DNA from: a virus | Length of the DNA stretch: 47,169 nt | Reading direction: 5' to 3' (one strand) | Virus record (IMG/VR): IMGVR_UViG_3300045988_038165 | Location: 1 to 47,169 of that record | Shown here: piece after piece, positions 16,222-24,628 of the stretch | How positions within the stretch are numbered: position 1 is the stretch's first letter | How the letters are laid out: every line of letters begins with the position of its first letter | Notes under the pieces: generated by a model | Seen by the model: the letters and a program-made list of their open reading frames with translations, nothing else | Database searches by the model: none | What the model was told of the DNA's origin: nothing | Position numbers and translations under genes: made by a program

Positions 16222-16375
16222 ACAAAACTTAGTCCTCGTTCATTGTACAGAATGTAAATATAGCTCTGATCATCATAATTTGATATGCTATTGCAGTAAG
16301 AGAAAAAAAAAGTTATGCAGTTGCCCGAATATCGGAAGGGTATGCGAACATTATAAACCTAAAAACGAATATTAA
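16205..16375 (+). CDS. Small Cys-rich protein (56 aa, below the track cutoff)
   Basis: MAKKNKQNLVLVHCTECKYSSDHHNLICYCSKRKKKLCSCPNIGRVCEHYKPKNEY fills an otherwise empty gap. Its stop is 1 nt before ATG 16377. Confidence 0.4.
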   Translation: MAKKNKQNLVLVHCTECKYSSDHHNLICYCSKRKKKLCSCPNIGRVCEHYKPKNEY

Positions 16376-16376
16376 T

Positions 16377-17000
16377 ATGTTGTACGACAATTTCGAATTA
16401 AAGAGAGTAAGATTCATTCCAAACGGTTTGGAGGTAGATTACAATGATTGTATGAATGTTGACGGTGAGGCGGTTAAAACGTTTCATAAAGTGAAAAAAC
16501 CGGAGTATCCTCACCCTGATTTGCCGAACGTAGCTGGAAAATTGAGAGGGTATATCGTCCGGCTTATGGGTCTGATGAATTTTGAAAACATCACCTACTT
16601 ATCCGATCTTTCAAAACAGGATAAGGAGTTGGGTAAGCAGTTTCAAGACTTCTTTGAAATACAGTCTACTCGAATTCTGATTAGAGAGATTGTGAGAGAT
16701 GAAGAAAAGAACACAGTAATTATCAAATACGAGTTTACAGGTACAGACTTGTCGCTGTTTAAAATGCAGACTCCTAAAATCAATTTGAAGGGTGAAATAC
16801 TTAAATTTGAGATTGACATGGATGCTGATTTGGAAGGTATGAAGCACGAAATATTTGATTATCTGTTTAAGGGGAAGCGTGCGCAACTTTCAATGTTCGG
16901 TGAGATAGCAGAAGCCGATGACATAAAAGACGCTGAGGATGATTCGGAGGGTGATTCCTTCTTTGACGAAGAAACTGAAAGCGATGTACCTGCTGAATAG
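16377..17000 (+). CDS. Hypothetical protein with a highly acidic C-tail
   Basis: 207 aa, ending EIAEADDIKDAEDDSEGDSFFDEETESDVPAE. Confidence 0.55.
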   Translation: MLYDNFELKRVRFIPNGLEVDYNDCMNVDGEAVKTFHKVKKPEYPHPDLPNVAGKLRGYIVRLMGLMNFENITYLSDLSKQDKELGKQFQDFFEIQSTRILIREIVRDEEKNTVIIKYEFTGTDLSLFKMQTPKINLKGEILKFEIDMDADLEGMKHEIFDYLFKGKRAQLSMFGEIAEADDIKDAEDDSEGDSFFDEETESDVPAE

Positions 17001-17412
17001 TCCGGAAGAAATAGAGTATTGTTTAAGCAGGGGATATAATACCCTGCTTTTCAATCGACATTTTGACATAGAGCCTAAAGCAAGGTATCAGTATTTGAAA
17101 AGTCTATTCGGTGACGGTCACGATCAGAGGGCAAACGAGCGTTTTTTTCGGTACATGTGGGAGATTAAGCCTCACTATTGCGAAGAATGTTTGAAGCCGT
17201 TGAAGGGGTACTCAGCCGTTTATATTAGCCATATCATAACGAGAGCCTCTCACCCAATGTTGGCGCACGATCCTCGAAACATAAACATACTTTGCTTTGA
17301 ACATCATAATCAATGGGAACACGCTAACACCCGCAAGGGAATGCGTATCTATCAAGAAAATTTAGAGAAAATAAAAGTCCTCAAAAGGGATAGTTTAAAA
17401 TTACAAAAGTAG
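16984..17412 (+). CDS. HNH endonuclease
   Basis: CEECLKPL...HIITRASHPMLAHDPRNINILCFEHHNQWEH. The start is either ATG 16984 or the track ATG 16939. Confidence 0.65.
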   Translation: MYLLNSPEEIEYCLSRGYNTLLFNRHFDIEPKARYQYLKSLFGDGHDQRANERFFRYMWEIKPHYCEECLKPLKGYSAVYISHIITRASHPMLAHDPRNINILCFEHHNQWEHANTRKGMRIYQENLEKIKVLKRDSLKLQK

Positions 17413-17416
17413 TATC

Positions 17417-17671
17417 ATGGGAAAATTAGTAGAATTTACTGGGGTAGACGGACAAAAGGTATCAATAAATAGGGACAAAGTAGTATCTTTGGAGGCTTGT
17501 AACGATTCGACTAAGATTTTCACCGGATCTGGCGAATATGATTATTTGCGTGTTGCTGAGAATTTTAAAACGGTATCACGAAAAATAAACGGTGAAATAC
17601 GTGTAAGTTTTATAGATATAGCTATCTTTGTGCTATTCTTAATATTCATATTTTTAAAATTAATGCAATGA
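17417..17671 (+). CDS. Small tail-anchored membrane protein
   Basis: C-terminal IDIAIFVLFLIFIFLKL hydrophobic helix. ATGA overlap with ssb. Confidence 0.45.
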   Translation: MGKLVEFTGVDGQKVSINRDKVVSLEACNDSTKIFTGSGEYDYLRVAENFKTVSRKINGEIRVSFIDIAIFVLFLIFIFLKLMQ

Positions 17672-18123
17672 ACTTAAACAAAATTCAGTTAATCGGTCGG
17701 GTCTGTAATGATCCGCAAGTAAAAACGTTCGATAATGGGGGTAAGATTTGTAATGTGTCTATCGCTACAAACGAGCGTGCATATAAAACGAGTAGCGGAG
17801 TGGAAGTGCCGGAACGCACTGACTTTCACAACGTGGTATTCAAGGGAGGTTTAGCAGGTGTATGCGAGCAATATGTTACTAAAGGTTTGGAGTTATATGT
17901 AGAGGGCACTTTGCATTATCGGAAGTACACAGACTCGAATAACGTAGAAAAGACTATTGCGGAAATTATCGTTTCTAACATGCAGATGGGAGCGAAGCCG
18001 GGAGGCAATAGCGGTCAGCGGGCGGAATCTGCCGGAAGTGTGGGTCAGCCGCCAGTACAACCGACACCGCCACCATCACAAGCCTTAAAAGAACAGCAAT
18101 TTGCAGATGATTTGCCATTCTAA
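17668..18123 (+). CDS. ssb: Single-stranded DNA-binding protein
   Basis: OB-fold N-terminal segment (NKIQLIGRVCNDPQVK...FHNVVFKG), a Gly/Pro/Gln-rich linker and an acidic tip DDLPF. Confidence 0.9.
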   Translation: MNLNKIQLIGRVCNDPQVKTFDNGGKICNVSIATNERAYKTSSGVEVPERTDFHNVVFKGGLAGVCEQYVTKGLELYVEGTLHYRKYTDSNNVEKTIAEIIVSNMQMGAKPGGNSGQRAESAGSVGQPPVQPTPPPSQALKEQQFADDLPF

Positions 18124-18128
18124 AAACG

Positions 18129-18160
18129 AGGGATACTCTAAAGCAGGGTATCCCTTCTTT
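18129..18160 (+). terminator. Hairpin terminator
   Basis: AGGGATAC (18129..18136) / GTATCCCT (18148..18155) followed by TCTTT. Confidence 0.6.
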
Positions 18161-18269
18161 GTGTTAAATAAGTGTTAAAGATTAAAGTTTTGCTTTGTGT
18201 TCCAAAAGTTATGCTTATATTTGCAATGTCAAAAGGAAACAAAGTAGTAACAATTTAAAAACAACAATT
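18161..18269 (+). promoter_or_regulatory. Promoter-leader cassette, copy D (-7 box TAtaTTTG 18216..18223)
   Basis: 109 nt, 105/109 identical to 32103..32211. Contains the TTAAAGTTTTG -33-like element and the conserved leader GTCAAAAGGAAACAAAGTAGTAACAATTTAAAAACAACAATT-ATG. Confidence 0.7.
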
Positions 18270-18677
18270 ATGAAAAAGAAATTCGAACTAACAGAAAACT
18301 ATGTAGTAAACGAGTGTGGAACAAAGTTGTATCAAGTCAGATGTATTAAGACATTCAAGTATGCAGTAAAAGGAGAACTTGGAGGATACATCGAAAAAGA
18401 AGAAAACCTAAGTCAAGAAGGCAATGCTTGGGTGTACGGCAATGCCCAGGTGTACGGCAATGCCCAGGTGTACGGCAATGCCCAGGTGTACGGCAATGCT
18501 AAGGTGTACGACGATGCACTGGTGTCTGGCAACGCGTTGGTATCTGGTAATGCGTGGGTGTACGACAATGCCCAGGTGTACGACAATGCCCAGGTGTGCG
18601 GCAATGCCCAGGTGTACGGCAATGCCCAGGTGTACGGCAATGCACTGGTGTCTGGTGATACTAAGGTATGCAAATAA
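18270..18677 (+). CDS. Hexapeptide-repeat protein (135 aa)
   Basis: ATG at the end of the leader. The C-terminal 84 residues are 14 consecutive [GD]-[ND]-A-x-V-[YSC] hexapeptides. Confidence 0.7.
   Translation: MKKKFELTENYVVNECGTKLYQVRCIKTFKYAVKGELGGYIEKEENLSQEGNAWVYGNAQVYGNAQVYGNAQVYGNAKVYDDALVSGNALVSGNAWVYDNAQVYDNAQVCGNAQVYGNAQVYGNALVSGDTKVCK
18420..18671 (+). repeat. 14 tandem 18-nt repeats (consensus GGCAATGCCCAGGTGTAC)
   Basis: Read directly. Five units are identical to the consensus; the others differ at 1-6 positions. Confidence 0.95.
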
Positions 18678-18734
18678 TTTTCTATTGCTACGGGCTAAGT
18701 GTCAAGTAGTATATAACTTCCAAAATTAAATATT

Positions 18735-19121
18735 ATGGCAAAGAAAAGCATGTGCGGGCTTTATAATAAAAGCGTTCAAGTTTTAGATGAAGGTATGCAA
18801 AAAACAAATCTTATCCCAGTTAGCGGAACAATGTATCAGATCGGTGCTTATCAATACTTTACACATTGGGAGGGTGAGAAACTTGCTATTAGTGAGGCGA
18901 GTTCGGGATTCAGAGTATCAACATACAAGCGAATGGACGGTGAAACTCGTAGCCAGTTAATAAAAAGAGTTCTCGAAAGAATGAAAGAGTTTGATCCTTC
19001 GCTCGCTGACTGGAATAAGGTAAAATCAATTATGAAAAAAGAGGGTATTACTTATCCGGCAAATAAATGGGTGTCTAACTTAAAAGATATAAAATCAAAT
19101 GAAGAAAGTAAGAAAGATTAA
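18735..19121 (+). CDS. Hypothetical protein (128 aa)
   Basis: ATG ORF. Confidence 0.55.
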   Translation: MAKKSMCGLYNKSVQVLDEGMQKTNLIPVSGTMYQIGAYQYFTHWEGEKLAISEASSGFRVSTYKRMDGETRSQLIKRVLERMKEFDPSLADWNKVKSIMKKEGITYPANKWVSNLKDIKSNEESKKD

Positions 19122-19377
19122 TCGACTTAAAAGTCGTTTTGTTCCGGTTAAATTTAGCTTAAAGGAACAAAGGAAGTTTACCGATATTTTGAGTGGAAAA
19201 AGAAAAGTCAGAAAGGATAGAGATGAGACTTTCGATTGTCTTTTAAAACTTGATGAAATTACATTGAAAGCTGATTTATACTGTGCAGGTTTGGGTGAAC
19301 TTGTGTTTTCTGAGAGTGAAATGGAGGCGTTTAGCAGGTTTGAAAAAGTAAAAAGGGAGTTCTATCATGGAAAGTAA
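19099..19377 (+). CDS. Hypothetical protein (92 aa)
   Basis: ATG ORF with short overlaps on both sides. Confidence 0.45.
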   Translation: MKKVRKINRLKSRFVPVKFSLKEQRKFTDILSGKRKVRKDRDETFDCLLKLDEITLKADLYCAGLGELVFSESEMEAFSRFEKVKREFYHGK

Positions 19378-19639
19378 ATTAAATCAATTGGCTTTACTGA
19401 TTCTGCAGGAAGAAGAAGCATACAAGGACATGCAAGTAGCAAAGAAAAGACATGCCGCATGTCTTAAAGAAATGTTGGAATTTGAAAGCAAATCAAATTT
19501 AGGGAATATTCGATATTGCGGAAACTGTGTGTATCTTCCTGCTAAGAAAAGAGCCGGAAAGTATAAATGCTCGTTGACCGGAGAGAAAAAAGATTATTGC
19601 AGCGAGGGATGTGAAAAATATAGTGAATTACCATTTTAA
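19367..19639 (+). CDS. Hypothetical Cys-rich protein (90 aa)
   Basis: YCGNCVY...YKCSLTG...YCSEGCEKY. Confidence 0.45.
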   Translation: MESKLNQLALLILQEEEAYKDMQVAKKRHAACLKEMLEFESKSNLGNIRYCGNCVYLPAKKRAGKYKCSLTGEKKDYCSEGCEKYSELPF

Positions 19640-19651
19640 AAATAGAAAAAT

Positions 19652-19789
19652 ATGAATAATTTAATCAAAGTTGGAGAAAAAGAGTATATGACTTCAAAAG
19701 AGATTGCTGAGGTGACAGGAAAAGAAAGATTAAATGAAAAGGGTGTGAATACTATTCCTACCCTTACCACAGGAGGTACAAAACATTAA
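19652..19789 (+). pseudogene. Remnant of a Rha-family gene (45 codons)
   Basis: MNNLIKVGEKEYMTSKEIAEVTGKE matches the paralogue N-termini with a 4-codon deletion and then diverges to a stop. It is followed by the same 32-nt junction found after 20526. Confidence 0.65.
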
Positions 19790-19806
19790 CTTTAAATAAA
19801 TAAGAT

Positions 19807-20526
19807 ATGAATAATTTGATTAAAGTTGGCGAAACTATAAACGCAAAAGAAACTATGAGTTCTTTGCAGATAGCAGAGCTCACAGGTAAACAACATTCAA
19901 ATGTTATGAGAGATATTCGCAATATCCTTGAACAACTGGAAGAAAAACATAAATTTAATTTTGAATTGATGTTCAAAATCACCAAGTTAGGGAATAACGC
20001 AGAAAGAAAAGACCCTTATTATCTTCTAACTAAAAAAGATAGCCTACTTCTTGCAAGCGGATATGATGCAAATCTACGGGCTAAAATCATTAATCGTTGG
20101 GAAGAACTCGAAAAGGAGAAGCGTTTCGGCAACTTCGTTATTCCGTCTACATTTAGCGAGGCTTTAATGTTAGCAGCAAAACAAGCGGAGGAAATAGAGG
20201 AGAAAAATAAATTGCTGTTAGAGCAGACTCCAAAGGTTGAGTTTTATAATGCTGTTACAGGTAGCGAGGACACTATTGATATGCGAACGGTTGCAACTGT
20301 GTTGAATATGGGGATAGGTCGGAATAAAATATTTGAAGTATTAAGAGATAAACGTGTTCTTGATCGTAAAAACATGCCTTATCAAAAGTATATAGATTTG
20401 GGATATTTTAGAACAGTTGAAACTCAATATACAAAAAGTGATGGAACTAACTGCATTAATATAAAAACTGTGGTATTTCAAAAGGGACTAGATTTTATAC
20501 GCAAAACATTAACTTTAAACAAATAA
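19807..20526 (+). CDS. Rha-N / KilAC antirepressor-like protein, paralogue 3
   Basis: MSSLQIAELTGKQHSNVMRDIR plus a KilAC-like C-terminal half (TPKVEFYNAV...MRTVATVL). Confidence 0.7.
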   Translation: MNNLIKVGETINAKETMSSLQIAELTGKQHSNVMRDIRNILEQLEEKHKFNFELMFKITKLGNNAERKDPYYLLTKKDSLLLASGYDANLRAKIINRWEELEKEKRFGNFVIPSTFSEALMLAAKQAEEIEEKNKLLLEQTPKVEFYNAVTGSEDTIDMRTVATVLNMGIGRNKIFEVLRDKRVLDRKNMPYQKYIDLGYFRTVETQYTKSDGTNCINIKTVVFQKGLDFIRKTLTLNK

Positions 20527-20529
20527 GAT

Positions 20530-21111
20530 ATGATTGATTTTAGCAAAAATGTTATTAGCTTAACAAAAGAGTGTAAAGAACAGCATGAAAGAATGAAGGC
20601 AAAAGGTTTTCACGATAGAGATGTATCTTTGCCAGAGATATTTGGGCTTATCATTTCGGAGATGTGCGAGGCAATGGAGGCGGAGAGAAAAGGCAGAGTC
20701 ATTGAAAGTGATATTTACGATATGGTTTTAAGTTGTGACGCAGGTTTTGAAAACGTATTTAATCAGACGGTTAAGGACACCGTAGGCGATGAACTTGCAG
20801 ACGTTTTTATTCGGTGTATGGATGCAGTAGGAAAGTATAACAAGGAGAATAACGATATAGTTCTATTCAAGCATTGTATTGATGAACGAGTTAAAATTCT
20901 AAATAATACTCCTAATACATTTGCTTTTTACGTATGTCACCTCGCATACTGGGTAACAAGCAATGAAAAAATATGCTGCAATTACTTTACTACTATAATG
21001 GAGATATGTGCAGCAATAGCAATCATACATAACATTGATTTAGGTAGAGCGATTGAGGCAAAAATACGGTATAACGAAACGAGAGGCTATAAGCATGGGA
21101 AGAAATACTAA
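20530..21111 (+). CDS. MazG-like all-alpha nucleotide pyrophosphohydrolase (tentative)
   Basis: EIFGLIISEMCEAMEAERKG and GDELADVFIRCMD resemble the E-x2-E...E-x2-D metal-binding helices. Confidence 0.45.
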   Translation: MIDFSKNVISLTKECKEQHERMKAKGFHDRDVSLPEIFGLIISEMCEAMEAERKGRVIESDIYDMVLSCDAGFENVFNQTVKDTVGDELADVFIRCMDAVGKYNKENNDIVLFKHCIDERVKILNNTPNTFAFYVCHLAYWVTSNEKICCNYFTTIMEICAAIAIIHNIDLGRAIEAKIRYNETRGYKHGKKY

Positions 21112-21130
21112 TAACAAAATAGATAAAAAT

Positions 21131-21760
21131 ATGAACTTAGAACAAATCAAAATTAACGCTATTTTAGCGGCTGATCCGGACGGTATTCAAATAGACGGTA
21201 TTCACTATCAAGGTGATTCTATTCCTTTGTATCAGTTTCTCAATCAGAATAATGTTAATACAATGGATGGCTATGCGATAAAATACGCATTCCGCCACAG
21301 ACGAAAAAACAAAGAAAGAGATATTGCGAAAGCTATTCATACTCTACAATTGATTTTGAAAGACGAATACAACATGTATATGTTAGGCGGACAGTTGTAC
21401 ACGAAAGAGCAATATGACGAATTGCTCAGTCAAGCAAAAAAGGAGGCGGAAGGCAAAGAAACTGAAACTACGGTGATATATACCGATAAGAGGATAGATA
21501 TTAATAGGAATATTTACGTTCGTAAACTAAGCGAAGTTCAAGCCGTTTGTATAGATAGAACTAACATTTCACTTGATGATTTGCGGGCCATGGGGCTCGT
21601 GCTTAATGCTTACGGAATGGGAAAGGGAGCACATGTTACCAGCCAAAACGGAAAGGAGTTTTATGTTAAATATGGGTCTTACATTTGCCTCTCAGAGGAT
21701 GGGTATTATCAAGTTTATAGCAAGAGTGAATTTGAAAAACTGTTTGAGCCTAAACAATAA
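21131..21760 (+). CDS. DUF3310-like protein with a C-terminal extension
   Basis: GIHYQGDSIPLYQF...GYAIKYAFRHRRKNKERDIAKAIHTLQLIL fits the HY...KY..R...K...D..KA pattern. I use ATG 21131 in preference to the track start 21053. Confidence 0.5.
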   Translation: MNLEQIKINAILAADPDGIQIDGIHYQGDSIPLYQFLNQNNVNTMDGYAIKYAFRHRRKNKERDIAKAIHTLQLILKDEYNMYMLGGQLYTKEQYDELLSQAKKEAEGKETETTVIYTDKRIDINRNIYVRKLSEVQAVCIDRTNISLDDLRAMGLVLNAYGMGKGAHVTSQNGKEFYVKYGSYICLSEDGYYQVYSKSEFEKLFEPKQ

Positions 21761-21768
21761 TAAATAAA

Positions 21769-22302
21769 ATGAATACAGAAAGAACTTTATATGAAATTGA
21801 GGTAGCTCTATCTAAAAGTTATGATTTTAACTTTGTACGAAATATCATAGCTTTTAATGTAAATGGTATGAGTGATAGTTTAAGTATCTGGCACGAATGC
21901 GATATGCTCGTCTTATCAAAGTCCGGTTATCTCACAGAGATTGAAATTAAGCGTAGTTGGGCTGATTTTCTTGCTGATTTCAAGAAAAGTCATACTCACG
22001 AAGGAAGAGGCATTATCAAGTATTTCTATTACTGTGTTCCAGAATGCTTGCTTAAACAAGTTTACGATAAACTGGATGAACTAAAGGCTGACTATACGGG
22101 GATAATAACATACGATGAAGATTTAAAAATAACACTCCACGGACATCGATGTATTACTCACGATGGAAATTATTCGTATCACTTCACCGAACAACACCCA
22201 TATCGTAAGTTATTTCTTGAAGAACAGCTACAAGTCGCTCGGTTCGGTGCAATGCGAGCAATTAAATTAAAGGAAAAGTTTATTAATAGCCATTTGGCGT
22301 AA
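21769..22302 (+). CDS. MmcB-like PD-(D/E)XK protein (tentative)
   Basis: ECDMLVLSKSGYLTEIEIKRSWADFLADFKK...YFYYCVPE...GIITYD. Confidence 0.5.
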   Translation: MNTERTLYEIEVALSKSYDFNFVRNIIAFNVNGMSDSLSIWHECDMLVLSKSGYLTEIEIKRSWADFLADFKKSHTHEGRGIIKYFYYCVPECLLKQVYDKLDELKADYTGIITYDEDLKITLHGHRCITHDGNYSYHFTEQHPYRKLFLEEQLQVARFGAMRAIKLKEKFINSHLA

Positions 22303-22321
22303 AACAAAGAAAGCCTGAATG

Positions 22322-22359
22322 AAACCACGTTGTAAGTGTTACAGCGTGGTTTTCTTTTT
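22322..22359 (+). terminator. Rho-independent terminator ending the early region
   Basis: AAACCACG (22322..22329) / CGTGGTTT (22345..22352) followed by TCTTTTT. Confidence 0.75.
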
Positions 22360-22378
22360 GCATTCAATTTAATGCACC

Positions 22379-22386
22379 TATATTTG
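22379..22386 (+). promoter_or_regulatory. -7 box TAtaTTTG heading the packaging/structural genes
   Basis: 66 nt upstream of ATG 22452. Confidence 0.5.
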
Positions 22387-22451
22387 CATAGATAAACGAT
22401 TCATTTTTAGCAAAGTGAATCTATTTTTGTTTAAATATAATTCTTAATGAT

Positions 22452-23045
22452 ATGGTTAAAGTAGGTAGTATGATTAAATCACAAGGAAAAATAAAGAGAA
22501 CTGACGAACAATGGGAGGCTGACAAAGCGCTTGAATCTGAATTGTTTCTCAAGGGCTATTCTTATCGCAGAATCAGAGATAAGATCAATGAACGCTACAA
22601 AGAGATGGGAATAGATATACAAATATCTTATCAGTCTGTGTATAACGACATTCAGAAATGTTTGGCTGAGTGGAAACGGGAACAATTCACTAACATAGAC
22701 CAGTATGTTACACAGGAAATTCAAGCACTCGACAATGTAGCGAGGGAGGCGTGGGAGGAATGGGAACGCTCTAAGCGTCCTAAATGCAAAACGAAATACA
22801 GGTTTAAAACTGCTGTCGAGGTGCAAAAGGAAACTACTACGGGTGACCCTTCGTTCTTGAATGTTATTCTCAATGTACAGCAAAGGAAGGCACGTTTGTT
22901 GGGATATGATAGTCCGTTGGTTGTTTCCATAGTCGGGGATAAAGAAAAAGAGAAACCAAAATACGACTTATCCAGTGTTCCGGCAGATGTCCTCGAAAAA
23001 ATGGCAGACGCTTTGCAGAATGGAGGTGATGATGAAGATAAATAA
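22452..23045 (+). CDS. terS: Terminase small subunit (by position)
   Basis: 197 aa, directly upstream of and overlapping TerL, with a basic/helical N-terminal part. No specific motif recognised. Confidence 0.5.
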   Translation: MVKVGSMIKSQGKIKRTDEQWEADKALESELFLKGYSYRRIRDKINERYKEMGIDIQISYQSVYNDIQKCLAEWKREQFTNIDQYVTQEIQALDNVAREAWEEWERSKRPKCKTKYRFKTAVEVQKETTTGDPSFLNVILNVQQRKARLLGYDSPLVVSIVGDKEKEKPKYDLSSVPADVLEKMADALQNGGDDEDK

Positions 23046-24543
23046 TATACCACCTGAGGAAATTGTAAAAGCGGTTGCGAGAAACAAATTCAAGAACTTC
23101 ATTAAGTATATTGATAATGATATAAAACTCAGCAAGTTTCATAAAGCATACTACGAAATTCTTGATAGGTTTGCGCATGGGCAGATAAAAAAGCTGATTG
23201 TTTCCTGTCCGCCTCAGCATGGAAAATCGGAAGGTAGTAGCCGTAAACTTCCTGCCTTTATTTTAGGTTTACGTCCAGACGCAAAGATAGCGATAGGCTC
23301 TTATGCTGCAACGCTTGCTGAGGGCTTTAATAAGGACGTACAGCGCATTTTAGACACACCGGAGTATATTAGTTTGTTCCCCGGTACTCGAATCATGGGT
23401 GCTGAGAAAACGTCACGTTATGAAGCGTATACCCGTAATAGCAAAATGACTGAGGTAATAGGCAGAAAAGGGTCGGTTACGGCTGTAGGACGTTCGGGAG
23501 GTTTGACGGGTAAATCTGTAAACGTTGCTATACTTGATGACGTTTACAAAGATCACCTTGAAGCTAACTCACCTATTATTCGGGAAGCTGCATGGAAATG
23601 GTACACTACGGTTGTCAGAAAGCGCCTTGATAACAACGGTCAAGAATTGATCGTATTTACACGATGGAATAAAGACGACTTGATAGGTCGTATAGAAAAG
23701 AAAGAGAAAGTTATCACGGTAACAAAATGGTCTGACCTTGATAATATACCGGATGGCGCATGGGTAAAGATAAACTTTCCTGCATTGAAGGTGGGTGAGC
23801 AGACAGAAATAGACCAACGGCATGAAGGTGAGGCGTTGTGGGAAGAGAAACATAGCGCAAAAAAACTTCGTGCAGAGCGTGAACTTGATAAGGTTGAATT
23901 TGAGTGTTTGAATCAAGGGAATCCGGGAAGCGCAGAGGGACAGCTATACGGCAAGTTTAAAACGTGGTCTGATAAGTCAGATTTCGGTATATTTCTCGGT
24001 CGTGGTAACTATACCGATTGTGCAGATACAGGAACGGATAACCTTTGTAGCATATGCTATGATAAATACCGTTCAAAACAGCCAGTTTGGAGCGAGAAAG
24101 AAAAGGCATACAAGCATTTAATATTCTGCCTTGTAACCGATATAATATATACCACTGACCCGATAGAGGTTACACAGGTGACAGTGCCGGAGATGTTAAA
24201 CAGAAACGAAACTGAGTATGCTAACATTGAGAGTAATAACGGAGGACGTTCATTTGCTGTTAACATATCACCGAAAACTAAAACTGCGATACATTGGTTT
24301 TCTCAGCATAATAACAAAGAGGCGAGGATATTAACGCATGCTGCAAATGTTACGCAATCTATTGTCATGCCGTTCGGTTGGGAGTATAAATTTCCACGCT
24401 TCTACGAGGACGTTACAGGTTATCTGAGGGACTTTAAAGCGAACGCACATGATGATGCGCCGGATACATTAACTGGTATCGTAGAGAAAGAAGTTATGCC
24501 CGCTATCGAGCCTAAACGGAGAGGTATTAAGCGTATAAATTAA
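23020..24543 (+). CDS. terL: Terminase large subunit
   Basis: Walker A-like CPPQHGKSE, Walker B VAILDDVY and a nuclease half containing HDDAPD. The start is uncertain (ATG 22987, 23020, 23029 or 23032; the track start is GTG 22975). Confidence 0.85.
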   Translation: MEVMMKINNIPPEEIVKAVARNKFKNFIKYIDNDIKLSKFHKAYYEILDRFAHGQIKKLIVSCPPQHGKSEGSSRKLPAFILGLRPDAKIAIGSYAATLAEGFNKDVQRILDTPEYISLFPGTRIMGAEKTSRYEAYTRNSKMTEVIGRKGSVTAVGRSGGLTGKSVNVAILDDVYKDHLEANSPIIREAAWKWYTTVVRKRLDNNGQELIVFTRWNKDDLIGRIEKKEKVITVTKWSDLDNIPDGAWVKINFPALKVGEQTEIDQRHEGEALWEEKHSAKKLRAERELDKVEFECLNQGNPGSAEGQLYGKFKTWSDKSDFGIFLGRGNYTDCADTGTDNLCSICYDKYRSKQPVWSEKEKAYKHLIFCLVTDIIYTTDPIEVTQVTVPEMLNRNETEYANIESNNGGRSFAVNISPKTKTAIHWFSQHNNKEARILTHAANVTQSIVMPFGWEYKFPRFYEDVTGYLRDFKANAHDDAPDTLTGIVEKEVMPAIEPKRRGIKRIN

Positions 24544-24582
24544 TAGAAAGCAAATTGTATCTATGTTTCAAAATAATATAGG

Positions 24583-24590
24583 TACATTTG
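24583..24590 (+). promoter_or_regulatory. -7 box TAcaTTTG
   Basis: 39 nt upstream of ATG 24629. Confidence 0.45.
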
Positions 24591-24628
24591 CATTGTTAAT
24601 TAATTGTTTAACTAAAAATTAAGAAAAT

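Noticed and set aside
18420-18671. Possible CRISPR array or DGR variable/template repeat.
   Set aside because: The 18-nt units are directly adjacent with no spacers, and they lie in frame within a coding sequence. No cas gene or reverse transcriptase ORF exists anywhere in the genome, and I saw no second diverged copy of a fibre segment.
18413-18729. Alternative-frame ORFs across the 18-nt repeat array (18424..18729 on the + strand, 18413..18673 on the - strand).
   Set aside because: These are an artefact of the repeat: any stop-free 18-nt unit keeps all its frames open. Only the frame continuous with ATG 18270 and the promoter cassette is credible.
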